The position numbers and the translations under genes are program-made. A stretch of 58,042 nucleotides of DNA, the filler included, from Dugesia japonica (Eukaryota): assembly GCA_001938525.1 (NCBI GenBank). It is 5 parts of 5 records of this genome, joined end to end, with 100 filler letters (N's around TTAATTAATTAA, not from the genome) between each part and the next. Parts side by side here need not be neighbours in the genome. Positions count along the whole stretch, not along the records: positions 22,414 to 35,282 come from MQRL01620667.1; positions 35,383 to 48,888 come from MQRL01249421.1; 3 more parts are not named here. One strand, 5' to 3'. Within the stretch, counting starts at the first letter, position 1. Every line of letters starts with the position of its first letter. Below the pieces are notes generated by a model that saw only the letters and a program-made list of their open reading frames with translations, made no database searches and was not told the DNA's origin. Positions 24,376-37,790 of this stretch are shown here, one piece after another.

Positions 24376-24607
24376 TTTCATGGAAATGCTCAAGAATCCA
24401 CAATATGATTACTAATATTATGATTGATGATACAACACACAGCCAGATATTTGTACTGAATGGACCGAGAAATTGGAAAAATGACGGAGAATTTGTGGGT
24501 TTTTTCATTACTAAAGAGATTTCTCTTTGCTTGAAAGAAGTACTGAAATCTAAGTTCTCCTCACGTTCCTTAGTCTGAACAACAGGTCCTAATGAAATAT
24601 CTGCTTT
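24376..24607 (-). CDS. Ionotropic glutamate receptor internal exon (end of S1, M1)
   Basis: KADISLGPVVQTKEREENLDFS..F....ISLVMKKP...FQFLGPFSTNIWLC. A 58-nt GT-AG intron (24318-24375) joins it in phase to the next exon. Confidence 0.93.
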
Positions 24608-24978
24608 CTAAAATTAATAAAATTTTAATTATTAATTACTGTAAATTATAAAAGTTCAGCATTTTCTTATGGGTAATATCAATTCTAACAAAAAATTATC
24701 AATTAAAAACACAATTTAGTTAACCAACGAAGATACATAAACTGAATGAAGATAATTATCAGAAACGGGATCTTAATATAATTAAATAATTTGGCAAATT
24801 AAAAATATTTTGTAAAATATTAAAAAAATGAAAATAATTTTGAATTTATTAACAATAATTGATACATTTAGTGCATATTTTGCATATTTCATTTTTTACT
24901 CAAAGAAGCATATTTTGAGTACTCTAAAACTTTTTAAAATAAAATTTAAACTTTTATCGATTTTTAAATATTAATTAA

Positions 24979-25550
24979 CCCTTTCACGGTTATTACTAAA
25001 AAAATTAGGGGTCGAAATATTTGTTTTAAAAACAAAAATTATTTTTAAAATATTGGGGCTTAAATATTAAAATATGTAATAAATAATAGGGCTTAAAAAA
25101 GGATTTTTTAAAATATTTACTAAAATATTGAAAAAAAAACTGTTGAAAAGTATTAAACTAAATAATTTTTATTCTCGAGGCCCATTATGATATTCCTCAA
25201 AACAACCTAATAAACATAGAGGAACCAAACATTTAGAACATCCAGTTTTTATNTCAGTTCTTGAAGAATATATCTTGCAGACCACACATTGCTTTCGTTT
25301 GTCGATTCTAATAGAAAAATGCACTATGGTTTTGTCTTCGCCATTAGAAATCTGTTCTACTTGGGCGGATGGGGCATTTACTGTCATGATTCTAGATTCT
25401 TCTTCATGAAAGTCGGCAACACTATTCCCTCCCAACTCATATATTAATTTAATTAGATAATTTAAATAAATTTTTTTCTGAAAAGCTTAACTAAATTTTT
25501 ATATGACATAACTGTTATGGAAACCAATGTTGAGTATGTTATCGTTATCT
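24979..25550 (-). mobile_element. piggyBac 3' fragment
   Basis: TTAA|CCCTTT terminus at 24975-24984. C-terminal Cys-rich domain CVVC..GCSKCLVPLC..CFEEYH (25169-25435). Upstream NIGFHNSYVI. Confidence 0.85.
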
Positions 25551-25759
25551 AAAATCGTTATCTAACAAATATTTAAACTACATTTTCTTGCTAATTGGGC
25601 AAAAATTTATATCAATAAATCGATTTTACAGAATATATGAATTACTATTCCTGATTAAATTGGTATACTTTTCTCTAAGGAAAAGTAAAAAAATGAATTG
25701 CTTTAATTTTAATATGCATAGACAGCCGATTTCAACAAAATTAAAAGACTTGTCCAATG

Positions 25760-28700
25760 AGTAGGTAGATAGTAGCGTACAACCGCATCACCCTGTCGGG
25801 GTAGAAAATGTTTTGCGGCTTAAATTTGATTGGCCGAACACATGTTTCCAGCGATTTCATTGGTCGGATTTTTTGTGAAAGTGTTAATTACGTAACGGCG
25901 ATACCATCATTACGTAATTATTATACAATCATTACAAGCTAAATATTTTTGTTTTAATTTATGAATTTTTGTTTAAATGAGGTCCAATTATTTCTTTTTT
26001 TGTTTAAATTAAATAAAATTAATGATTTTTTGCTTAAACTTAGCGGTTTTAATAACGTTTAGTTTAAGTTAAGTGAAATAATTGATTTTTTAACTTAAAT
26101 TTCCCGAGAAATTTTTAACATCAACATTAGTGCCTCGTTGCTGACATTATTATTAAAAATTTACATCAGATATTTGTTTAAATAAAGTGAAATTAATGAT
26201 TTTTTATGAGTTTCTTCATAGAAAGTCGATAGAAAAGCTTATTTTTGTTTAAATTAACCAAAAATGTTTAAATATTTATATAGGTAAGCTAAGTTTCCTC
26301 GAGCGGCTTAAATATTAGATGTTCCAGTATTAAAACTTCGAGATGTTTGTTGCAAACATTAGTTGTCTAGGGTTCAAACTATGAGATTTATATGGGTTGA
26401 AAATATTATTCGATGCTCCCTGACTCATACTTTTAGATGATTCCTAGATGATTTATATTAGCTGGTCTACCAAAAAAAGGTCACTCTCCTCAAGAAAAAG
26501 CATTTTTAATATTTATATTTTTAAGAAAAATTATTCTGTCTTTGAACGCTAATATTTGGCTAGACACATCCGCAAAATATTCAAGAATTCAAAGTAAACT
26601 GTTATCAATTCATTTCATGACATTAAATAAATTATTAAATAAATCATTAAAGAAAAATCATTACAAAACATGTTATCATTTAAGAAAATCATTACTAAAA
26701 ATTATTACTATTAAAGATAATGATTACTAAAAGTTGTTACCATTAAAGATAATTATTTTAATTAAAATCAATAAACAAAACATGTTCATTAATTAAAATC
26801 AATAAATAAGTCGTAATCATTAATTTAAATCAATGAAATTAGTTAAAGCTTTTAAATATATTTATCACACACATTAAATTAAAACCATTGAATTTTGGAA
26901 ATGTTTGAAAAATTATAATGATAATTAAATTAAAAATGTAAATAAAATCCTTACAATAAAAATTGTAAGGAAATTATAATCATGTTGATTAAATTGTAAT
27001 CGAAGTTATAAATAAAAAACTTACCTTGAAATCAATCTTTTAAAATCATTAAAATAAAACGAATAACATAAAATTGAATTATTAATCACAAATGAAATCG
27101 TTAAATTATGGAATTATTAACATAAAATGAAGTCAGAAAATTAAATCATTACTTAAATTAAAATTGTTATAAACATTATTATTATAAAATAAATTATATT
27201 AACTTATAAATTATTACTTAAAATCAATAGCATAAAATAAATTTGTTATTAAAAATTTAACTTATAAAAAATAAAACCTTACTTGTTTTCATATAATTAT
27301 TTTGCATATAAATTTCATTAGTCATATTATTAAATCCATTAGTCATATTTAAAATTTTAACAGGTATAATATTCACTTCATCAAGTATATTATTCAATTT
27401 ATTAGCCTAAATTAAAAATATTAACTGAAAATAAATTAATAACTATTATTTGAATAAATTTCCTTCTTAAAATTTAAAAAGCTATTAATTTAAAAACTGA
27501 TAAATTTTAAACTTATGAATTTAAAACTTATGAACTTTTAACTTAATAATAATGAACTGCTTTCATTTTAAGTTGATAAATTTTAATTCATATTAATTTT
27601 AAGGTGAAATTTAAGTTGTACTTGAAAGCATATAAATTTTAAGTGACAAAACTTATTTGTATATTATNAGTTTTATGCTGAAAGGTATATTTTCAATGAT
27701 GGATTTTGTGTAAATTAAGATGAATCCAATATTTTCTTACTGATTTATCTATTTTATATGTTGAAGTTTTAGTTTTCTATGATTAAGTGACTATTTTCGA
27801 TAATGAATCCTATATTTTAAATGTCGAGTAAGGATTTTGTATGATGAAATGTAATTTTAGTGTGATGGAGCATACTATTATGTGTATGCTTAGAAATTTT
27901 TTGTGTTGGCTTAGAAGTTTTATGTGCTGTCTAATAATTTTGTGCAATGAAATATAATTTTAGAGTGTTGGCTTATAATATTATATGATAGAATATAATT
28001 TTAGTGTATGAAGTATTATTTTAGAAACTTCAATGCGATGAACTATATATTTAGTGGGATTGATNNNNNNNNNNNNTTGTTGGTTAGATGTTTTATGTGT
28101 TAACTTGGAAATTTTGTAATCTATCTTGTAATCTGTGAATGTTATTGAATACGTCTATGTAATTTATTAAACTTCTATGTAATCTATTATTTAGAAATAT
28201 CAGGTTTGGGTTTAGAGATTCATGTGATTGAATGACAAGTGTTATCCTAACCATACACCAAACTCTAACCTTAAATATGATTATGTTTTGGTTTAAAGAT
28301 TTATGTTATTTAATGTTAAGTGTTATCCTAACCATACACCAAACCCTAACCTTAAATATATATCTCCATATAAATATTAGAAAATGTATTAAAGTCCTAA
28401 ATAATTCTATAAAATACTATAAATACTTAGAAAATTCTTACCCTAATTTTAACTCTAACCCTAAATAATTCTATAAAAGTTAGAAAACCTTAACCCTAAC
28501 CCTAATAAATCTATATAAAACCATAAATTATGTGAAACGTTATATAGATCATTATAAAATCCATATAAAACCTGTAAAACCTTATCACTTAATCACTCAG
28601 AACCTTATAAAATTTAATAAAAATCTTAGAAAATTTATTAAAATGATATCCCACGATAATCTTAGAAAGAGTGAGAGAACACCAGAGAAAAGTGGACGAA

Positions 28701-30002
28701 AACTGGTAAGTGCGGGGGAGGACCATTACATAGTGAAAGAAAACCAGTTAAGAGTTTGAGAAAATCAATGAGAGAGAAAACTAGAGAAAAGTAAGAGAAA
28801 ACCATTAGATTTTCCCCCTTTTTCGTTTGTTTTCGCTCTCACTGATTTTCACCTATTGTTTACTGGTCTTTTCTCATATTTTTGCTGTTATAACTGTTAA
28901 AACTTTAAATATGACAAATTGATTTAATAATATGACTTATGAAATTTATATGCAACATGATTATATAAAAGCAAGTAAGATTTTATTTTTTAAAAGTTAA
29001 ATTTTTAATAACAAATTGATTTTATGCTATTGAATTTAGTAATTTCAAAAGACTGATTTTATAATTTATTGATTTTAAGTTAAGTATTTTATTTAAAACT
29101 TCAATTTTAATTTAATAACTTTGATTATAATTTCATTGCAATTCTTATTGTAAGGATTTTACTTACATTTTAAATTTAATTTTCATTATAATTTTTATTT
29201 TAATTATTAAAACTTAACATGACATTATCAAATTTAATTCAATGGTTTTAATTTAATGTGCGATAAATATATTTACAAGCTTTAATTAATTTCATTGATT
29301 TAAATTAATGATTACGACTTATTTATTGATTTTAATTAATGAACATGTTTTGTTTATTGATTTTAATTAAAATAATTATCTTTAATGGTAACAACTTTTA
29401 GTAATCATTATCTTTAATAGTAATAATTTTATAATGATTTTCTTAAATGATAACATTTTTTGTAATGATTTTTCTTTAATGATTAATTTAATAATTTATT
29501 TAATGTCATGCATTGAATTGACAACATTTGACTTTAAATTCTTGACCATTTTTCGGATCTGTGTTGATATTGACGTTGACGCCTAACTGTGTTTAATCTA
29601 TAAAGATTAAACACTAGTGTTGGTGCAAAAAGATTAACCTAATCATCTGTTTTAATTTAAACAAATATCACTCACTTCATTTAACTTAAACAAAAAGTTA
29701 TTAAAATTGCTTAATTCTAACAAACAAACCTTAATTTCTTTTAATTTAAACAAAAAATAAATACTTTAGCCTCATTTAAACAAAAAGTCATAAAAATTCA
29801 TCAATGAAAACAAAAATATTCAGCACGCAATGGTTAAATAATAATAACATAACTATGATATCATCACTACATAATCATCACACCCACAAAAAATTACGAC
29901 CAATCAAATCACTGGGAACTTGAGCACGGCCAATAAAATTTAAGCTGCAAAATTCTTATACCTGGGGGAGGTATTGCAGCTGTGTGCTACTATCTACCTG
30001 CT
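25760..30002. mobile_element. Non-autonomous Polinton-type element, 4243 bp
   Basis: Termini AGTAGGTAGATAGTAGC...GCTACTATCTACCTGCT with diverged TIRs of about 300 bp. Flanked by CCAATG/CCAATA (6-bp TSD, 5/6). Removing it restores the hAT reading frame. Confidence 0.85.
26562..29565. repeat. Foldback-like element with long, highly similar inverted arms
   Basis: 26581-26895 is nearly identical to the reverse complement of 29240-29545, and similarity extends inward to about 27370/28890. The centre has CCCTAA-like repeats (28245-28505). Confidence 0.8.
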
Positions 30003-31084
30003 CCAATAAATTTTCACTTGATTTTTCAACTGATGGAAAATTTTTTTTTAATTTTTGTGATAAAGTAATTCCAGTTGAAATAAAGTTTTTAGTAAAACAA
30101 CATAACAAATCAATGAATCATTCCCAAGGTTTTAATTTGATGAAAACAGAAGCAACTTTTAATTATTGACTCTTGAAAATTATTCTAAAATTCTAGGTAA
30201 TTTTCTTCTTTTTAAAAATTAGAACAAAAATTTTTTTTATTTTTAAAAAAACACACTGGAAAACAAACATCACCAGAATCAACTTTGATAAAAAATTACC
30301 TAAAATTTGTTTTTGATAAGACTGTCGAAAATTACTAAATTTTTATCTGGAAAACAACTTTGGATTTCTATTGTTGAAACTACCGATATCAACCGTTGAT
30401 ATATTGTAAGAGTAGTTGTAGGTGTGTTAAGTTCAAAGATTGACGATAATCAATCTTTTATGATAAATCTCGAATTTTTGGAAAAACTTAATCATTCACC
30501 CATTGCCCAGTTTTTGGATAATTCAGTCATATCAATTTCTAAAGATATACTTCGTGAAGATATTTTGCTTTTCATTACTGATGCGGCTTTTTATATTGTT
30601 AAAGCAGCTGATGGAATTAAACTTCTTTATTCTAAAATCATTCATGTTACTAGTTTAGTTCATGCACTGCATAGAGTGTCTGAGCTTACAAGAAAGGAAT
30701 ATATAGGTATCGATAACTGGATATCAAATTGAAAAGATTTTGAAAGCACCAGCCCGAGTTCAATTATTTAAAAATATTTCCCCAAATTTCCCACTTCCAC
30801 CTAAACCTGTACAAACTAGATAGAGAACATGGAATAAGGCAGTTATTTATTCGACAGAAAATTTTCATATACTTGAACTAACTTTACTTAAGTTAAATGA
30901 TTATGTTTATTCAGTAAAAAAATGTCAATTAAGTCTTCAATCTACGAATTTTGACAAATGATCTAACATTTATTTCATCAAATGATGGGTTTTTAGTTGA
31001 GTACATCGATCAACTGCAAAATAAAATAATTTGTTAACGAAATCTTTCAACATTCTTGATAACATCGAAGAAAATATTTAAACA

Positions 31085-34000
31085 ATTTATTGGGAAAGAT
31101 CTTGTTGTTTGCCCATTTGTTCAAAAACTTCTCAGTGGATCATATTCTTCTTCAACCAAAAATATTCAAAATCTTAAATGATTAATACCACAAGTAATGC
31201 TCTCAATGAATCATTAATAAATATTCGGAGTATTCTCAATTACAACCTTAATCCATTCTTTAGGAATAAGCCAGTCTAAATTCTTTTCCAATTCACTGCA
31301 TCATAATATCTCTGTCAATCCTTCGGATAATGGTTTAATTACTTACAAGATCATTGAAAAAACAATTTATAATCAGTCTTCTTCTGACATTAAGATCTCT
31401 CAGGTTCGTAACAGATTAATTTGTCTACTTGTTTTTCCTGAAAAAATTGGTGTTGAAATTAACCCAACATCTTCCAGTAAGAAAAGCTTAACACTTCGCC
31501 AGAGAGTTAGTAATGTTGATCAGATGTTTTACAAGCTTTATAATAGCAGAAAAGATTGAGAATTCCTTCACTAAATACATTTTAAAGAATAAAGGACTCA
31601 AAATGAAAAAACTCAACTACACAAATCGCTTCAAAGAATATAGAGAAAATTTCGTATTTTCTTAGAGAGAGAAATTTAGACACTCGCCTAAATCGATGCT
31701 TGAAATAGTCAAGTCTATCTCCAAAGTTGATGACTCTTCTTCGAAGTAAGATTTCGAGAACATTTTAAAAGAAAATTCTGTGAAACCGACAAATACTCAG
31801 TGGAGGATCTACCACATATTTGTTGTGTTTCGGAATTCAAGTTTAATTTAATTGACCAAGAAGAAATTACTGTGATCCTAAATTCTATGTCCAACAGTTT
31901 TCCTGACTTGAGTAATGTTATTTATAAAGACATAGCTTATTGTGATCCTAGGGTTCAATTAATTGAATAAAATGAGAAGTTCCGGTAATATCTCAAAGCA
32001 TTGGAAATCTTATACAACTCTTAATACCTAAACCTAAGAAAGAAGGTCAATACTAAAAAAATAGATCATGGAATGCCTTTATAAACCCTTCACTGTTTGT
32101 CTTACTAAATAAATAGATAATTGGATAGACAACTATCAATATCTTTCCAACTACAGAAAGGGTAAGAAATATTTGAAGGTTGTGCAGAACATAATTACAT
32201 AATCAAATCTTTGCTTGAAGAATATGAAACTCATAAACAATTTCACATTGCTTACCTTGATATATCAGATGCTTTTGGAAAAATTCTTGTTCATCATATT
32301 ACCGGAGTTTTACTACTAATGGGAATAAAAGCTCAATATCAGTTAAAATAAGAGTCCACAAAAATGCCCTTTATCAATGCTTGTTTTTATTATTCAACTA
32401 GATCCAGTTTTAACAAAATGGTATCTTGTTGATAATACTTGTGTAATAATTGGTAAATACAGAATTTAATGTTTAATGTATGTTTTAACTATGTGGTTTT
32501 GATTGCAGAAAACTTATAGGACTTACAAAATATAGTTAATGTTGCCAATCACTGGGTGAATTGAAATAGAATTTTTTCGATTCCTCTAAATGCGGCCATT
32601 CAGCCACAATTGAACAAAATAAAGCAATTTTAATTAACAAGTTCCCATTACCAAACGTATTTTATGCGAACAAATACAAATATCTAGGTGTTGGGATTAG
32701 AAAAACATGAAAAATACACCTAAAAGCTTATTTAAAAAAATTGCTTCAAAAAACTTACTAATTCAATTCTATTTCCTTAGCAAAAATAGAAACCTACAAA
32801 ATATTTCTTGATTTTAGACTACCATTTGAATTTTGAAATTTCAACATGTGCCAATCCAGAACTTGAAGATTATGGGCATCATGAAATTAGAAATTAGAAA
32901 ACGGTTAAAGATAATTTGTTGTCTTCCACTCAATGCTTCTACAATATATTTATACTCTTCAAGCGAAATGAAAAGTCTCGGTTTTATATCTGTTAGAGAA
33001 CAATTTGCCATCCAAAAAATTATTCAAATATTTTGACCTCTTAACTGCAATGATGTATATGCATTTAAAATTGCAAAAGATAGTTTATCTAGAGCAGTTT
33101 AAAGTAATCTTGGTCTCAAAGACTTATCAAATACAAACACTATTTTGGATTGAATTAATGAAGGAAATAAAGAAAATAGGCTAAAATCTTGATGAACTAA
33201 ATTTGTAACAGTGTGAAACACCTTAGGAAACACTGTGATCTGACAATTGTTTTTTAAATTCAATGAAAATAACTATAATCTTCAAGTTAACGCAATATAT
33301 TAACCAGTGTTTTTTACTGACAATTCTTTACGTAATGTTTGCCTGAAGATTCATTGCTCATTTGATTTATCAAATGAACTAATCAATGTTGATCTGGAAC
33401 ATCAGTTTCTGAACTGGTTTTAAATAAATTGAGCACAAAGGTAATTAATAATGGTAGTCTAACAATAACTGACTGGTTTTTATCCACCAAAAGAGAACAA
33501 ACACTTTTCCTGTCAATGGTCATCCTTACAGCTCAAAGGATAAAAAACAGTTGCAGGAAATGCTACTATTATATTGAATCTCAATATCACGTGCTTAGAT
33601 CGTGCCAGGTTAATTCATATTATGTCATTAACAGACACAATGCGATAACTAATCTTTTAAACTTAGCTTTACAGGATTCAAATCAAATATGGAAAGTTAT
33701 TCGGGACAGTTAATGTAATCTTCTGAACTTACTCTTAAGAGTAAATCTACAAATCTAGATTTAACAGCACCTAAAACTATGACTTTTGTACGTCAAAACA
33801 CCTTATAAAAATCTTGATAATATGGAACATGCACACAAAGAAAATATCTCTAAATATCAAAGCCTCAAAGACAAATTTCAATTTATCTTACCAAATTGAA
33901 TAGTTGTCTTAGATACCTTCATAGTGGGGTTTCTCGGCTCTTAAAGATATCAAAATGATACTATTCTAAAGAAATTGAAAACTCTAAAATCGAAAGTTAG

Positions 34001-34400
34001 TCTTCTGAAAAAGGAAATGATCGCTTCAAATATTAAATGGATTAATTTAACATGGATTTCCCACAATACTTTGAACTTGGTAGATAGAACTCTTAGTTAT
34101 AATAAACTCATGGCAGTCAATCAGAGACTAATCGAAGAGACGTTTAATTTATCCAATGGAAGATGAGAAAATTTCAATCAATTGGGATGAGATTAAATCG
34201 GAGATAAATAATGATGAGCAAACAAGCTTTTGACGACTTCAAATCAATTCACGATGAAAAATCAAAATTCGAACCTTATTATGCACTTTGTGATAACTTC
34301 ATTTCTGATTGTGTATTTTTTCGAGTACCCTAAAACGCTTTAGTCAAAGGCGGAAGTGGGGCATTTGCACATGTAATTATTTGTCATATTAAATATCTTT
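31085..34400 (+). mobile_element. Degenerate RLE-type non-LTR retrotransposon (NeSL/Utopia/R2-like)
   Basis: HWKSYTTL.IPK, FEGCAEHNYII, IAYLDISDAFG and YKYLG. CCHC knuckle CRKC...ESQYHVLRSC..RHNAI. Endonuclease-region DVKTPY, KY and FIVGFLGS. Confidence 0.85.
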
Positions 34401-34927
34401 ATAGAATGTTCAAGGTGAAAAATTACTAAGAGTTAGAAGATAAAATAACAATGACTTGATGAAGAAAATATTCTCGAAGAAGTTCGCAAATTTAACAAAA
34501 ATATTATCTGGAAAAAATATTACTTCAGAATATACTTCAAACGAAATTGTATACTTTAAATATGCCCCTTTATTATCATGTGACGTTAAAAGAAGTTCTG
34601 GTGCTTTTAAGTCTTTTCTAACTGATAAACGCTTATATTTAACTGAAAAAATATTAATTTTCATTTCATTATTCAAACCAATTTATTAAGAATCCTATTT
34701 CCTTTAAAGATTTATAAGTTTTGAGTGTATATTTTAAAGAATATTTTCTCCATTTTATTATTAGAATATTAAAATCTTGTGTTTGATAATTATGCTATAG
34801 AAGAAAACTTAAATGTCTGAGCATTGAAGGCACATAATAAATTTCGTTCAGATCAGCTAAAAGGCAGAACACTTTATTCTTAGTAGATTTGAAACCATCA
34901 TTTCAACGAAGCCTGTTTACCAGATGT

Positions 34928-35230
34928 AGGTTATTGATTTATTTGACGAAGACGAATATATGACTAGGATAATTGTAAATAATAATTATTATACACAACT
35001 CTCCGGTGTATATTAAATATGAAAAGAAGACCAATCTCATCAATAAGATTACTGATCCATTATTGCAAATCATTATTCAAATGTTCAGAAAACTACTTAT
35101 AAGAATATCGGAATTATTACTAATATATTATACTGGGGTAGAACACAGCTTATATAAGAACAAAAGAAGAGAGGATGAACTGTGTTAGCATAAAAACTCG
35201 ATGACGTTTGACTATTTAAATCAATAACCT
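34928..35230. mobile_element. Possible MITE
   Basis: Perfect 14-bp inverted repeat AGGTTATTGATTTA / TAAATCAATAACCT. No TSD seen. Confidence 0.35.
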
Positions 35231-35245
35231 GAAGTTTATCCACGG

Positions 35246-35247
<2 letters not shown>

Positions 35248-35282
<35 letters not shown>
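35248..35282. repeat. (TA)n microsatellite at contig end
   Basis: Read directly. Confidence 0.95.
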
Positions 35283-35382
35283 NNNNNNNNNNNNNNNNNN
35301 NNNNNNNNNNNNNNNNNNNNNNNNNNTTAATTAATTAANNNNNNNNNNNNNNNNNNNNNNNNNNNNNNNNNNNNNNNNNNNN
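35283..35382. other. Artificial contig linker
   Basis: N44-TTAATTAATTAA-N44. Confidence 0.97.
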
Positions 35383-36077
35383 TATAAATACATATATAAA
35401 TATAAATACATATATTATTTAAATTAATTAGTTAATTAATTATATCCCTAATATACTTAAATTTAAATTAATATTTTAAAATATAATTAAAATTGTATTT
35501 AAATTAACATATAAAGAAAAAAAATAATTAAATTCTTTTTTTTTAAATTTCAAATACAATTAAGTAAATATAAAATTAAACAATCGATAAATATATTGAT
35601 TGTTTAATTTTTATTACTAAAGTAATTTGAAATTAAAAATGAAAACTTTAATTTTATATTACTATAATTACTATTATATGAATTATGGTAATATGAAATT
35701 AAGCAATCAATATATGTATTGATTGTTTAATTTCATATTATCATGGTAATAATTATGGTAATATGAATATAGATTATTTTTATATTTTAGTGGTTTGAGT
35801 AGTTCTCAAAATTTCCAGACACGTGATTTTTTGTATGTTGCAACTGTGTTGCATTCCTATTAGAATATTAATAATTTTAGAAGTTAAAGTATTTTTAAGC
35901 AATTTGTTTTTTATGTTGCATGCAAAAATGACTTTCAAGTATATTTTTAATGATTTTTTGAGATTTAAAATTATTAGACATGTGATTAAAAATGATTTGT
36001 CATGTGATTTAGATGATGTATGTTACTTATATATTGCATCTGAGTTACATCCCTATTGCAATATTAATATTTTTANT

Positions 36078-36268
36078 ATATTTTAGTTGTTTGAATAGTT
36101 AATAGCTAATTTTTAAATATAAAAATCTAAATATGAAAAGGAAAAATAACTAAATGATACATTTTTACTATATTTTTACTATATTTTAGTTGTTTGAATA
36201 GTTAATAGCTAATTTTTAAATATAAAAATCTAAATATGAAAAGGAAAAATAACTAAATGATACATTTT
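36078..36268 (+). repeat. Near-perfect tandem duplication, period about 102 bp
   Basis: TATATTTTAGTTGTTTGAATAGTTAATAGC...AATGATACATTTTT twice. Confidence 0.9.
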
Positions 36269-36980
36269 TTTTACAAATTACTAAACAAAAAAAAATAATT
36301 GTTATAATTCTCGAGTTCAATCAGATGCATATCCAATGACATCATCAAATTTAACAATGCACATCCATTAAAATCCGGAGAACAAAAATCAGCTCTCATG
36401 AACTGATTTACAATAACAGCCGAAATCATTGCTTTCCGTTCTTTGTCAAAAATTCCACGTTCTTCTAATATATCTGTTAGCATTTCTAAATTAAATTTTT
36501 TAAAAAAAAATAATTTTTAATAAATGTCAAACCTGTTTTTATAAAATCTTCTTCAAAATCTTTCATTGATGTCATTTTTTTAGTCATTTTAATTTGATTT
36601 ACAAGAAAATAATAATGAAATGCAATATATATGTTATATATATATTTTATATGAAATGCAATATAAAACCACTACGTAAATTATAAATTATTTGAAATTT
36701 AAATATCTAAATTTAAATTAATATTATTTGTACTTGAATTTTACTTAAATTGCATCTGTGTTGCGAATTTTCTGATTTTTTTCAAGCAAATTAAACAAAT
36801 CTGAAGTAATTTTATTCACATATCGTTCAAAATACAAATAAAAACACTTAACCTCAGTAACTAATATTCGTTATCATAATTAATGAATTAATGAAGAACA
36901 ATGTGATTTTGAAGGAGTTTATTTAATTGATTCGTTAAAACAAATATAAAAAATATACTAAATTATGAATAAAAAAAACA

Positions 36981-37570
36981 AGATGGATAAATTAAGAAAT
37001 GATGCAGTCTATCATAGTGTGTGACATAGTGGTAGTGGGAAAACTTTGTTTGTATGTCAATTATTGAAATCAAAGTTATTCAAGTTGAAATTTAAACATA
37101 TACTGAAATAGGGGTGCAGATGAGGAGCATAGGCTGACAAAAGTTGAATTTTGTAATATTAAAATTAAAGTTATAAATGGTTTTGATAAAATTGGAACAA
37201 AAGATTAAGACTAGGTGATGTTACTGCTGTTGATGATCTGTATCAGGAGGCGAAAAAAGAAAAAGATTTCAATAATTTATTCACAAATATATCGAGGCAT
37301 CGTAATGTGACCGTGATATGTATTTCTCAAAATATATTTCATAAAGGAGGTATGTAACAAAAAAGCCACATGGATATCTATTGACTTTATACAACAATAT
37401 CCAGATGGTTATAGAGTAAAAACAGATATATTCAATCCAAATGGTATCACAATATATAAACAAAATAGATAATCTTTTCATAATATTACAAAAATGACAN
37501 CATTTAAGAAATTTGTAGTTGATCAAGAAACTAAACCGTTTAGAATGATAATTTTACAATCGTTCCCATC
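36981..37570 (+). pseudogene. Polinton packaging ATPase remnant, lineage B
   Basis: HSGSGKTLFV, AVDDLY and LFTNISRHRNVTVICISQNIF. Confidence 0.8.
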
Positions 37571-37639
37571 ATACGCTATATATGATTTACTTGAAATTAT
37601 TATAAATACTGTTGTTGTAATGTAGATGTGAGTGCAACC

Positions 37640-37790
37640 AAAAAGAAAACATTGAAAAAACACAAAAACAACTTTATTAACGCTTGTAAACACAAAATAT
37701 AGAAAATCAATGAGACGAGTAATGCACAATCAAGGTGGTGGTTTTATAGCAGCATTGCTACCAATTACATTAGCTGCATTATGTTTAACT
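37640..37790 (+). pseudogene. pX-like protein remnant, lineage B
   Basis: RKSMRRVMHNQGGGFIAALLPITLAAL directly after the ATPase. Confidence 0.55.

Larger units (their letters stand above)
25714..34689 (+). pseudogene. hAT-family (CGGBP1-like) transposase split into three parts: 25714-25759, 30003 to about 31080, and about 34405 to 34689
   Basis: Rejoined N-terminus MHRQPISTKLKDLSN(E/K)FSLDFSTDGK..FCDK..KQH. Core LLFITDAAFYIVKA..IHVTSLVHALHRV, KAPARV and PLPPKPVQTR. Dimerisation domain FKYAPLLSCDVKRS. Confidence 0.85.

Noticed and set aside
25875-25887. GTGAAAGTGTTAA as the partner TIR of the piggyBac end at 24979
   Set aside because: It lies inside the Polinton TIR, and pairing it would conflict with the TSD-supported nesting. 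Likely chance.
28245-28505. Telomere or CRISPR array
   Set aside because: Short, degenerate and internal to a foldback element. No repeat-spacer structure or cas genes, and the context is eukaryotic.
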